DNA of 64,000 nucleotides from Terriglobia bacterium (lineage in GTDB: Bacteria; Acidobacteriota; Terriglobia; 2-12-FULL-54-10), in NCBI GenBank assembly GCA_963666975.2, contig CAXVYR010000003.1, forward strand, positions 896,001 through 960,000, written 5' to 3'. Numbering within the stretch: position 1 is the stretch's first letter; every line of letters starts with the position of its first letter. Positions 54,702-64,000 of the stretch are shown here, one piece after another. The notes under the pieces are model-generated. The model made no database searches and was not told the origin of the DNA. It worked only from the letters and a program-made list of their open reading frames with translations. Made by a program: the position numbers and the translations under genes.

Positions 54702-57700
54702 ATGCAACCCGAGCAAAAAATGCCGCTCACCAGTAACGATTCGGTGAAGGCTTTTCTTTCTCTTCCCTGGCCTCTGCTCATCACCACGCTCGCCGAGGGG
54801 CGCTTTGTGGAAGTGAACGAAAGTTTCCTGAAGATGACCAGGTTGCAGCGGACGGAGGTCATCGGACGGACGACTTTGGAGTTGAATCTTTGGCCGGAGA
54901 AAAGCGCCCGCGAGAAATTTGCCAAAAGATTACAAGACCAGGGCAGAATCACCGGCCTGGAAATGACGTTTCGCATGCCCTCCGGCGAGCTGCGCAGCGA
55001 ACTGACCTCTGCAGAGATCAGGGAACTCTCCGGCGAGCCTTGCGTCATCATGCAATGGCACGACATCGCCGGCCGCAAGCGGACCGAGGGAAACTTTCCG
55101 AACTGGCATCCATCGCGGAGTTCTCCGATGACGCCATCATTGGCGGGACGCCGCAGGGCGTCATCACCAGTTGGAACCGGGGAGCGGAGAAGATTTACGG
55201 CTATTCCGCCGGGGAAGTCCAAGGCCGTCATGTATCGCTGCTGACTCCGCTGGACCGTTCGGAGGAGTGTTCGCGAATTCTTGAGAAAATCCAGAAGGGA
55301 GAAACCACCCGGCATTTTGAAACCCTGCGCCTGCGGAAGGATGGCGGGCAAATTGACGTCTCCCTGACCGCATCTCCGGTAAAAAATGCCGCGGGTGAAA
55401 TTACGGGCTTCGTAGCCATCGCGCGCGACATCACCGGCCTCAAGCGGACTGCGGATAATCTTGTCCAGATGGCTGCGATTGTGGAGTCTGCCGATGACGC
55501 CATCGTCAGCACCACAGCGGACGGCCTCATCCTCAGTTGGAACCAGGCCGCAGAGAAATTGTTCGGATACTCCGCTGAAGAGGTGCAGGGCCGTCCGGTG
55601 TCGATTTTCTACCCGGTCGATAGTTCCCAGGAGTTGTCGCAAATCATCACACGACTCAACCAAGGGGAGCGCATCGCTCATTTTGAAACGGTGCGTGTCC
55701 GGAAAGACGGTTCGCTCCTCAACGTCTCTTTAACCTTGTCTCCGACGAAAAATGAAACGGGCAACGTTACGGGCGTCTCCTCCATTGCGCGCGATATCTC
55801 CGACCGCAAGCGAGCCGCGGAGGAACTGGCACAGCAGAAAGAAATGCTGCAAACGATTTTCGATCAAATTCCAGTGATCGTGATGTTTTTTGGCCCGGAT
55901 GGCAAAATGTAAACCGGGGTTTGGAGCGCACGCTAGGCTGGTCCCAGGAGAATTGGGGAAAGCAGGACGCTCAATCTTCTCCCCAAATCTTCTTTTTCCC
56001 GACCCAGTCGAATGCCAGCAATTCCGAGAATACATGCGGACGAAACCGCCCGGCTGGCGGGATTTCAAAACGCAGACCCGGAACGGGAAGGTGCTGGACA
56101 TCGCTTGGGCGACCGTGCCGCTTTCCAACGGAAGGAGCCTCGGCATCGGCCAGGATGTCACCGAGCGCAAGCGGGTCGCGGAGAAACTGGCGCAAAGCGA
56201 AAATACGGCCCGCGACATCCTGGAAAACTCCGGCGACCTGATTCAGAGCGTCAATGCCGAAGGCCGGTTTGAGTACGTCAACCACACTTGGCTGGAGATC
56301 CTGGGATACACAGCGCAAGAAATGCGCCAAATGACATTTCTGGACATCCTCCGCCCGGACCAAGTGGAACATTGCAAAAAGATTTTTGCCGCCCTGCATC
56401 GAGGAGAAGCATTCCCGCACATTGAAACGGTGTTTCGGAGCAAGGATGGGCGGGATATTTTCGTGGAAGGCTCTACGTCCTCTAATTATCGCGACGGGCG
56501 GTTTATTTCCTCCAGAGGCTTTTTCCGGGATGTGACCGAGCGCAAGCGGGCTGGGGAAGCGCTCCGGGAGAACGAAGAGCGGACCCGGCTGATTGTGGAA
56601 AGAGCGTACGACGCCTTCATCGCCATCAACGCCGACGGCCGGATCACGGATTGGAACCCCCAAGCCGAGCTTACCTTTGGCTGGTCCCGCGCGGAAGCCT
56701 TGCAGCAGCCCCTCGCCAGCCTCATCATCCCGGAGCGCTACCGGAAAGCCCACAAGAAGGGGATAAAACATTTCCTGGCCACCGGGGAAGGGCCGGTGCT
56801 GAACAAGCGAATCGAGATGTCGGCGCTGCACCGCGATGGACACGAGTTCCCGGCGGAACTTTCGATCTCCGCTATCCGGCGCGGAGAGACATATATCTTT
56901 ACTGCATTCGTCCACGACATCACCGAGCGCAAACGGGCGGAAGCGGCGGTTCAAAAATTCAGCCAGGAGCTCGAACAGCGCGTCCAGGACCGCACCGCAC
57001 AGTTGCAGCAGAGCGAGGGAAAGTTTCGGGGCCTGCTCGAATCCGCCCCGGATGCTATCGTAGGGAGCACCGCCAAGGGACAAATCATTCTCGTCAATGC
57101 TCAGACGGAAAAGCTGTTCGGTTATACCCGCGAGGAATTGCTCGGCAAGCCCGTTGAAATGCTGCTGCCCGACCGTTTACAGAAAAAACATGTCAAGCAT
57201 CGCAAGAGCTACAATTCCAATCCACCCACACGGATTATGGGAGGCGGCCTGGAACTGATCGGACGCCGCAAGGATGGCAGCGAGGTCCCGGTCGAGGTCA
57301 CCTTAAGCCCCTTGCAAACGAACGAGGGCGTCGGCGTCACGCGCATCATCCGCGATGTCACCAACCGCAAGCGCACTCAGAAAGCGCTGCAAGAAAGCGA
57401 AGACCGCTTCCGCGCCCAATATAAAGGGTTTCCGGTCTCCACACTCACCTGGCAGAGAGTCGGGGAAGATTTTCTGTTGATCGACCACAACGATGTTGCC
57501 CTCGATATCTCGCGGGGCCGGATTCGGAATTTTATCGGGAAGACCGCCAGTGATTTCTACAACGACAGGCTGGACTTGCTGGATAGTATGCGGCGATGCT
57601 TCAGGAAAAAAGGGTCCGTTAAGCGGGAGACCCCCTTTCGGCTGCGGACTACAGCGGAAGATAAGCATATCGCTTTTACCTATACTTTTATTCCGCCCGA

Positions 57701-59198
57701 CTTGGTGATGACTCATGCGGAGGACATCACCGAGCGGGAGCGAATGGCAGAGGCCCTGCGGCAGAGGGAGGAACAACTCCGCCATGCGCAGAAGATGGAG
57801 GCCATCGGGCAGTTGGCGGGCGGGGTGGCGCACGACTTCAACAACCTGCTCACGGGCATCATCGGATACAGCGATCTCCTCATGAAAAAGCTGGGCCCCG
57901 ACCATCCCTTCCTGAAACAGGCAGGGCAAATCAAAAAGGCGGGAGACCAGGCGGCTGTCCTCACCGGCCAGTTGCTGGCCTTCAGCCGGAAACAGGTTCT
58001 GCAACCCCAGGTGGTCGATCTGAATCATATCGTCACCGAGATGGACGAGATGCTGCGCCGCCTGCTCGGCGAAGACATCACTCTGGTGACCGCGCTCAGC
58101 CCGGCGCTGGGAAAAACGAAGGCGGACCCCAGCCAGATCGAGCAGGTTATTCTGAATTTGGTGAGCAACGCCCGCGATGCCATGCCCGAAGGAGGCACGC
58201 TCACGATCGCCACGAAAAACATCGAGCGAAAACAAACCAACGGACACCCCGGCCCGAAAACCAAGGCCAGACGGCACGTGATGCTCACCGTAAGCGACAC
58301 CGGCCGCGGAATGGACGGAGAAACTCTGGAACACATCTTTGAACCTTTCTTTACTACGAAGGAGAAGGGAAAAGGAACGGGGCTGGGGCTGGCCAGCGTC
58401 TACGGGGTCGTCCAGCAAAGCGGCGGCCACATCCAGGTATCGAGCACGCCCGGCCAGGGCACGAAGTTCCAGATTTACCTGTCGCAGGTTGATATAGCCG
58501 CTTCCACGCCTAAGCCGGACGCTGTCCAGCCTGTGCCATCCGGCGGCCGGGAAACCATCTTGCTGGTGGAAGACTCCGATCAGGTTCGGGAACTGGTCTG
58601 TCAATGCCTCCAAGACGAGGGCTACACGGTGCTGGCAGCGAGCATAAGCGCTGAGGCTGTCCAGATCACCAAGGAGGGGAAGCAGAAGATCGACATGCTT
58701 CTGACCGATGTAATCATGCCGGGCATGAGCGGACCCGACCTTGCCCAACTCCTTACGAAAAATCGCAAAGACCTCAAGGTGCTCTTTCTCTCCGGCTTTT
58801 CGGACCACCCCTTGGTCCAGCAAGGCATTTCCAAGCCGAACATTTCCTTCCTGGCAAAACCCTTCACTCTGGAGGCGCTGCTGCACAAAGTGCGCGAGGT
58901 TTTCGACGCCTCAAAAAGCAGGCCCGCGCAGAAAACCTCCCCGGCAAAAACCAAGTCCACACGGTTGCCAAAACCCGCAAAGGCTGCCAAGCCACCAAAA
59001 CTTTCCAAGGCTAACCGGACGACCAAACCCGCAAAGAAAAAGCCAGACCGCCCGAATTCAAAATCCCGAACTACCCTCAGGGAACATGGCCCGGATTCCC
59101 AGCACGCTGATGCTTTTCCTCACAACAGCCTGCATTCCGCTGCTTGCCGCCTGCAACCGCTCGCAGACCGCCGAACTGCCCGCCCATCCCTTCACTGA
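54702..59198 (+). pseudogene. Multi-PAS hybrid histidine kinase with receiver; frameshifts near 55090 and 55910-55950
   Basis: Many PAS/PAC repeats; AGGVAHDFNN, NARDAM, DTGRGM, GTGLGL, TDVIMP; 55890-59198 is an intact partial ORF. Confidence 0.85.
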
Positions 59199-59249
59199 AT
59201 GAACCGGCGAAAGCACTACAGATTCCCGGGGATCGGTACGATAGTTCTA

Positions 59250-59970
59250 GGGGCTGTCCTAGCTAAGCAGATTGCTTAGGGATAGGATGGCGATATGTAC
59301 GAACGGCGTAGTCGGCTGAGCAAGGCGAAGCGGGATCGGTTGGTGGAGCACTTCGTTGCCGGGACGACGGCACGGGCGGCGGCTGAGCTTGTCGGGGTTC
59401 ATCGGAACACGGCCGCTTCGTTCTATACACGGATTCGCACGGTGATTGCCGAGGAGACCCAGAAAGCCTCTTCGGTTTGCGGCGAAATCGAAGTGGACGA
59501 GAGTTACTTCGGTGGTCGCCGCAAGGGCAAACGCGGTCGTGGTGCTGGCGGGAAAGTCCCGGTTTTCGGGCTTTTGAAGCGTGGAGGAAGGGTCTACACG
59601 GTGATGATCCCCAATGCCCGTACGGACACGTTGATGCCGATCATGGAGCGCCTGATCCAGCCCGACAGCATCGTCTACACGGATGGCTTTTCGAGCTACG
59701 ATGCTCTGGATGTGTCGGACTTCCACCATGTTCGGATCAACCACTCGGAACGGTTCGTCGACGAACGGAACCACATCAATGGGATCGAGAACTTCTGGAA
59801 CCAGGCAAAGCGGCATCTTCGGCGCTTCAACGGGGTGCCCAAACAGAGTTTTCACCTCTTCCTGAAGGAGTGCGAATGGCGCTTCAATGGCGGTAACCAC
59901 CGGACACTGCTTAACCAATTGAAGACATGGATCAAATCGAGACAGAATCACCCTTAGCTAGGACAGCCCC
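59250..59970 (+). mobile_element. IS1595-family (IS1016-like) element, 721 bp, 8-bp TSD tagttcta
   Basis: Perfect 18-bp TIR ggggctgtcctagctaag; TSD at 59242-59249 and 59971-59978. Confidence 0.95.
59295..59957 (+). CDS. IS1595 transposase
   Basis: EVDESYFGG, VYTDG, NGIENFW, LKECEWRFN. Confidence 0.95.
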   Translation: MYERRSRLSKAKRDRLVEHFVAGTTARAAAELVGVHRNTAASFYTRIRTVIAEETQKASSVCGEIEVDESYFGGRRKGKRGRGAGGKVPVFGLLKRGGRVYTVMIPNARTDTLMPIMERLIQPDSIVYTDGFSSYDALDVSDFHHVRINHSERFVDERNHINGIENFWNQAKRHLRRFNGVPKQSFHLFLKECEWRFNGGNHRTLLNQLKTWIKSRQNHP

Positions 59971-60093
59971 TAGTTCTATTGACGGCAAAGCGATTTGCGG
60001 TAATCTTATATTGAATGCTGTATCTGGCACTTCTGCTTGGAACAATCCACCGGGAAACCGGATAATAATGATGATGAAGTGGAGGAGGGGCGT

Positions 60094-61143
60094 ATGAAAA
60101 GAAGCATCATCTACTACTCAGCCATGCTTTTGGTCCTCACGATGATTGCAAACCCTGCCTGGACGCAAGGCAGGGGCAAAGGGAAACCGAAACGGAAGCC
60201 TGCGACAGCCAGCCAGGCGGTTGCGGAAGTCTCTGTCGTGTTCACCACCCAGGAACGGGACATCATCAGCGGCTGGTTCGTAACAAATCGCAGCGGTCTG
60301 CCGCCGGGCCTGGCCAAACGGGAGACTTTGCCTCCCGGACTGGAGCGCCAATTGCGCCGGAACGGGACCCTCCCGCCCGGCCTGCAGAAAAAATTGCACC
60401 CCTTCCCGTACGCCCTGGAGCGGCGGTTGCCCAGGTTGCCGGCAGACTATAGCCGAGTGATCATTGGCGGCAGCATCATCCTCATGAACGGGAGAACCGG
60501 CGTCATCTTTGACATCATTCGCGACGTCATCCCAGAGGATGACTCCGAAGTCCTCACGCAACGCGCCGCCACCTCGGCTGCAAGCCAGCCCGCGCCGTCC
60601 ACAGCATCCAATCGCGAACGCACTGCCCCCTCGCAAAGCCTTGCTGGAATTCCGGCAGAAGGAGCGCTACTGAGGGTCCGCACTACGACGACCCTCTCCA
60701 CAAAGTCGCACCAGGCCGGGGACACATTCCTGGCCACTTTGGAGGAGCCATTGGTTGAAGGGAACCGGGTGATTGCTCCCAGAGGCGCACAAGTTGAAGG
60801 GCGCATCGTCGAAACAGATGATGGCGGCCGGGTAAAAGGCGTTGCTTGGATTGCTGTTCAACTTATTCGGTTGCACACGGTCTCTGGCCACGTTGCCGAG
60901 ATCGCTACCAACACCCTGGTTATGGAAGCCAACAGCACGAAGGCCGAGGACGCCGCGAAAATCGGCATCACCAGCGGGATTGGCGCTGCTGTCGGCGCCC
61001 TCATCGGCGGCGGGAAAGGCGCCGGCATTGGCGCAGCAACCGGAGCGGCTGCAGGCACGGGCGTTGTCCTGGCGACTCGCGGCGATCCAGCCGTTATCGG
61101 CAGCGAGACCGTGCTGGACTTCACACTGCAGCCTTCTCGGTAG
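60094..61143 (+). CDS. Secreted protein with LPPGL repeats (RcnB-like) and a TrbI-like/glycine-zipper domain
   Basis: LPPGLAKR, LPPGLQKK; IPAEG..LRVR..LST; GAAVGALIGGGKGAGIG. Confidence 0.7.
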   Translation: MKRSIIYYSAMLLVLTMIANPAWTQGRGKGKPKRKPATASQAVAEVSVVFTTQERDIISGWFVTNRSGLPPGLAKRETLPPGLERQLRRNGTLPPGLQKKLHPFPYALERRLPRLPADYSRVIIGGSIILMNGRTGVIFDIIRDVIPEDDSEVLTQRAATSAASQPAPSTASNRERTAPSQSLAGIPAEGALLRVRTTTTLSTKSHQAGDTFLATLEEPLVEGNRVIAPRGAQVEGRIVETDDGGRVKGVAWIAVQLIRLHTVSGHVAEIATNTLVMEANSTKAEDAAKIGITSGIGAAVGALIGGGKGAGIGAATGAAAGTGVVLATRGDPAVIGSETVLDFTLQPSR

Positions 61144-61228
61144 GGCAACCGCTAAGGAGAAGTAACCAGCGGCAAGTTTCCGTAAGGCGGGGCTGAAAGA
61201 AGTTTCGAGGTTGAAAGGAGCATGTAAG

Positions 61229-61933
61229 ATGCGTTATTTGCTATCTGCGGTCGCTGCTTTTCTGTTGGCGGGGCAACTGACTGCCGTTTGGGCCGCGAAC
61301 AAACAAGAGAAGAGGCTTACTCGCGCCACCGAGGTGTTCGAGGAAATCATGAACACTCCGGACAAGGGAATCCCGGTGGATTTGCTGGCACGGGCCGCCT
61401 GCATCGGCATTCTCCCCAGCGTCAAGAAGTTCGCCTTCGGCTTCGGAGGCCGTCACGGAGCCGGTTACGTCCTGTGCCGCAAGAACCGCGGCAAGGGCCC
61501 TTGGGGACCGCCCTCCGGTTTCTCCATGTCGGGAGGCAGCTTCGGCCTGCAACTGGGCTTTTCAGCCACCGACTACGTGCTGTTGTTCATGAACCCGGAC
61601 GGCGTGGATAAGCTCCTGTCGAATAAATTCACGCTCGGTGCCGCCTCCTCGGTAGCGGGCGGGCCGGTAGGCCGCACGGCCGAGGCGGCGACCGACGTGC
61701 AAATGAGCGCCAAAATCCTGAGCTATTCCCGCGCCAAGGGCTTGTTTGCCGGTTTGGCTCTGGAGGGCGCTGTGCTGAAACCCTCCGGCGGCGACAATAA
61801 GGCACTTTACGGCAGGAAGGTTGACCCCAGGAACTTGTTGCTCACGGGCAATGTGGCTCCGCCGCCGAGCGCTGGCCCGCTAATCCAAATACTTTCCCGC
61901 TATTCTGGAAGAAAAACCAAGAAGGCCCCTTAG
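61229..61933 (+). CDS. Lipid-binding SYLF (Ysc84) domain protein
   Basis: GGSFGLQLG, DYVLLFMN, GPVGR, SYSRAKGLFAG. Confidence 0.9.
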   Translation: MRYLLSAVAAFLLAGQLTAVWAANKQEKRLTRATEVFEEIMNTPDKGIPVDLLARAACIGILPSVKKFAFGFGGRHGAGYVLCRKNRGKGPWGPPSGFSMSGGSFGLQLGFSATDYVLLFMNPDGVDKLLSNKFTLGAASSVAGGPVGRTAEAATDVQMSAKILSYSRAKGLFAGLALEGAVLKPSGGDNKALYGRKVDPRNLLLTGNVAPPPSAGPLIQILSRYSGRKTKKAP

Positions 61934-62087
61934 CAAACCCTCTCTCACTAGAGCCCTGTTTCGGACAACCGTGCAGGGCTTGCCTTACACAGAGCTGCCT
62001 CCAGCGTTACTTTCAAAACAGCTTGTATCTTCTTGAATAAGTTTACATTTGTTTATTTTACAGTTTGTGTATAGTCAGAGCCGTGCG

Positions 62088-62189
62088 CGCCCGTCCCGCG
62101 CGAAGCCGAGGAATCAGCAAGCGGTCCCCAAACGCCAAGTGGGCAACCAAGGCTGGATTGTCCGCTCCCTTGCGGTCGCGGCTCGGATG
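62088..62189. repeat. Intergenic REP doublet (inverted pair)
   Basis: ...tcagcaagcgg ... ccgctcccttgcggtcgcggctcgga; same family as the copies in the phage-like cluster. Confidence 0.75.
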
Positions 62190-62406
62190 GATTTACAAAC
62201 AATGCACGCTACACCAACGCTGATGCTCCAGCTTTGCAGCCTACCCTGCAAGGCAGCAGATCGCGTTCCGTATTGAAAGAAACGGAAGATTGCTAAATCC
62301 TGGAAGGATTGTTCTGACAACTCTCCGTTTAAGGGGCGCTGATCGGACCTGTTCCACAAGACAACTATTACAGGTTGGTTTGCACTCCTGCAAGGATGGG
62401 AGGGTG

Positions 62407-63366
62407 TTATCTTTCTTCTGCAGACCGTGAACTGATGACCCGACGCGACTCGCCGCTTCCCGGAAGAAAAGGTCCCCAGTCGCCGCCTCTGAGGCCGGGC
62501 ACCTTGGGCGACGTTTCGATCTGAAGAGTCTTTCGTCCCGAAGAGAACGTCGCCATCTGCCGAAGCCGGTAGTGCGTTCGCTCGGCGTCCATATTGCTGC
62601 TTGCTTCCTCCAGAGCTTGGTCGATGGACTGGATTCCGTCAAACTCATGGATTCCGATGCTCAGGCTTAGCCTAAAACCCGGCAAAGGAGAATTCTCGAC
62701 AGAGGCGATGACCTCGTTCCATTCTGTTACTCGTTGTTGAATGCGCTGCTTCACCAACTCTCCGCCGGGCTCTTTGGTATTTTGCAAAGCCACCAGAAAC
62801 TCATCCCCGCCCAGGCGGACTACATAGTCCGAGCAGCGGATCCATTCCTTGACGAGCCCCCCGACTTCAGCCAAAACCAAATCACCATAGAGGTGGCCAA
62901 AATGCGTATTGAGTTGTTTGAAGTTATTCACATCGATATACAAAAAAACCAGGGTGCCGCTCCCGCGTTGCACGCTCTGGATTGCCTCGCTAAGGGCCCC
63001 GTCCAAGGCGGAACGATTGAAGACTTGAGTGAGAGGATCGGTAAATAACCGTATGCCGGCAACCTCGCATCTCCATGCCTCCATGATGGAGTTAAAACTG
63101 AGAGACAGAATCTGATTACATTTATGGATGAGGTAAATGCCGAACAGCAGAATAAGCGTCAGCAGGCCCAGAAGAAGCTGCGGCGTCGCCGGCGTATAAC
63201 CCGCGCGGAGACTCGTGAATGCGCCTGGAAAGGTGATGGCGAAAAACCCTGCAAACAAGATTCCAACCGTCGCAAAGAAAAAAATCCCCAGCTCCCGCTC
63301 CCGCCTCTCAACCGGCGATAACTGCCGTCTGAGTTGATTTGAAAATCGTTGCAACTCTACCCGCAT
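62407..63366 (-). CDS. Membrane-anchored diguanylate cyclase
   Basis: Two TM helices; DPLTQVFNR, FGHLYGD, RLGGDEF. Confidence 0.85.
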   Translation of the reverse strand: MRVELQRFSNQLRRQLSPVERRERELGIFFFATVGILFAGFFAITFPGAFTSLRAGYTPATPQLLLGLLTLILLFGIYLIHKCNQILSLSFNSIMEAWRCEVAGIRLFTDPLTQVFNRSALDGALSEAIQSVQRGSGTLVFLYIDVNNFKQLNTHFGHLYGDLVLAEVGGLVKEWIRCSDYVVRLGGDEFLVALQNTKEPGGELVKQRIQQRVTEWNEVIASVENSPLPGFRLSLSIGIHEFDGIQSIDQALEEASSNMDAERTHYRLRQMATFSSGRKTLQIETSPKVPGLRGGDWGPFLPGSGESRRVISSRSAEER

Positions 63367-63692
63367 GTATACCTTCCTTCTTGACTTGGCCGAACCTCCA
63401 CTTCTCCAGGGTATGGCAGCGGAGCGATGGAGAAAATAGCTCAAAGGTAACTTTATTTCAGCACTTTTGTACTGCGGTTATGCTGCCGTCCGATCCCGGT
63501 AAAACTCAAAAAAGCACGGGAGCAGGAAACGAGCCGCCTCTGGAACCTGGGGACCGGCCTTTCCCAGCGGAACGGCCGAGCAGGCGAAAATTCTCTATTA
63601 GGATTTCCGGTAGCAGGTCAACCTGGGTTTTGTTGGAGGAAAAAGAAAGCCGTCCGCGCACCTGGCCACTGTCGAGTCTGTTCGGTGGTTTA

Positions 63693-64000
63693 TTATTTTC
63701 CGAAGAGGCCGGTGAGACCCTTGATGAGGTCCGCTGGGCTCTGCGGCTTGGTCTGGCCCTCTTGATCCAAGCCCTGTTGCCCGGTCGCCCCGCCCAGAAG
63801 GTTTTGCAATCCGCTCTGCTGCCCCGAACCTCCAGCGGATTTTATTTTGAAGTTCGGGTTTTCGAGCGTTCCGCTCAAGGTAAAAGGGAGCGTCATTTTT
63901 CCGTCGGCAAAGGAGGCGCCGGCAAGAGTGGCCACCAGGCTGGTCACCAGGTTGTCTCCAGCGGCCACAGTGGCCACGCCCTCATAGTCCAGCCTGCCCT
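63693..64000 (-). CDS. AsmA-like protein C-terminus (partial)
   Basis: LPFTLSGTLENP motif; ends GLTGLFGK; runs off the window. Confidence 0.6.
   Translation of the reverse strand, partial: GRLDYEGVATVAAGDNLVTSLVATLAGASFADGKMTLPFTLSGTLENPNFKIKSAGGSGQQSGLQNLLGGATGQQGLDQEGQTKPQSPADLIKGLTGLFGK

Overview
GC-rich bacterial chromosome segment, probably Acidobacteriota (inferred from gene style, not tested). There are four zones. (1) 1-14800 is a decayed accessory island: two independent IS256 insertions (into a Ser/Thr kinase and a Na+/H+ antiporter), two ~131-bp MITEs, a truncated serine recombinase, two tmRNA 3'-end (att-like) scars flanking hicBA, gene fragments, a TauE gene with an internal stop and a second hicBA. 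(2) 14833-23060 is the housekeeping rplU-rpmA-obgE-nadD-rsfS-rlmH-accD-folC-plsC run, a ~160-nt rod-like hairpin and a TPR gene. (3) 23262-50876 is a ~27.6-kb single-strand virion cluster. It follows the order of the phage Mu late operon (lysin, gp25/26/27-like, terminase, portal, protease-capsid) and continues into a short non-contractile tail. No transposase, integrase, repressor or replication gene is visible in or beside it. Host-type palindromic repeats sit at many gene junctions and in frame inside genes, and four of the five most distal genes (two fibre-like) begin with Sec-type signal peptides. It is my main candidate for an undescribed domesticated element (gene transfer agent-like), although a defective prophage is not excluded. 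(4) 51232-64000 holds a UbiD decarboxylase, an amidohydrolase, a frameshifted PAS hybrid kinase, IS1595, SYLF, GGDEF and AsmA-like genes. Several short frameshifts, one in the capsid gene, could be assembly errors or real decay. All calls come from motif recognition by eye; no database searches were run.
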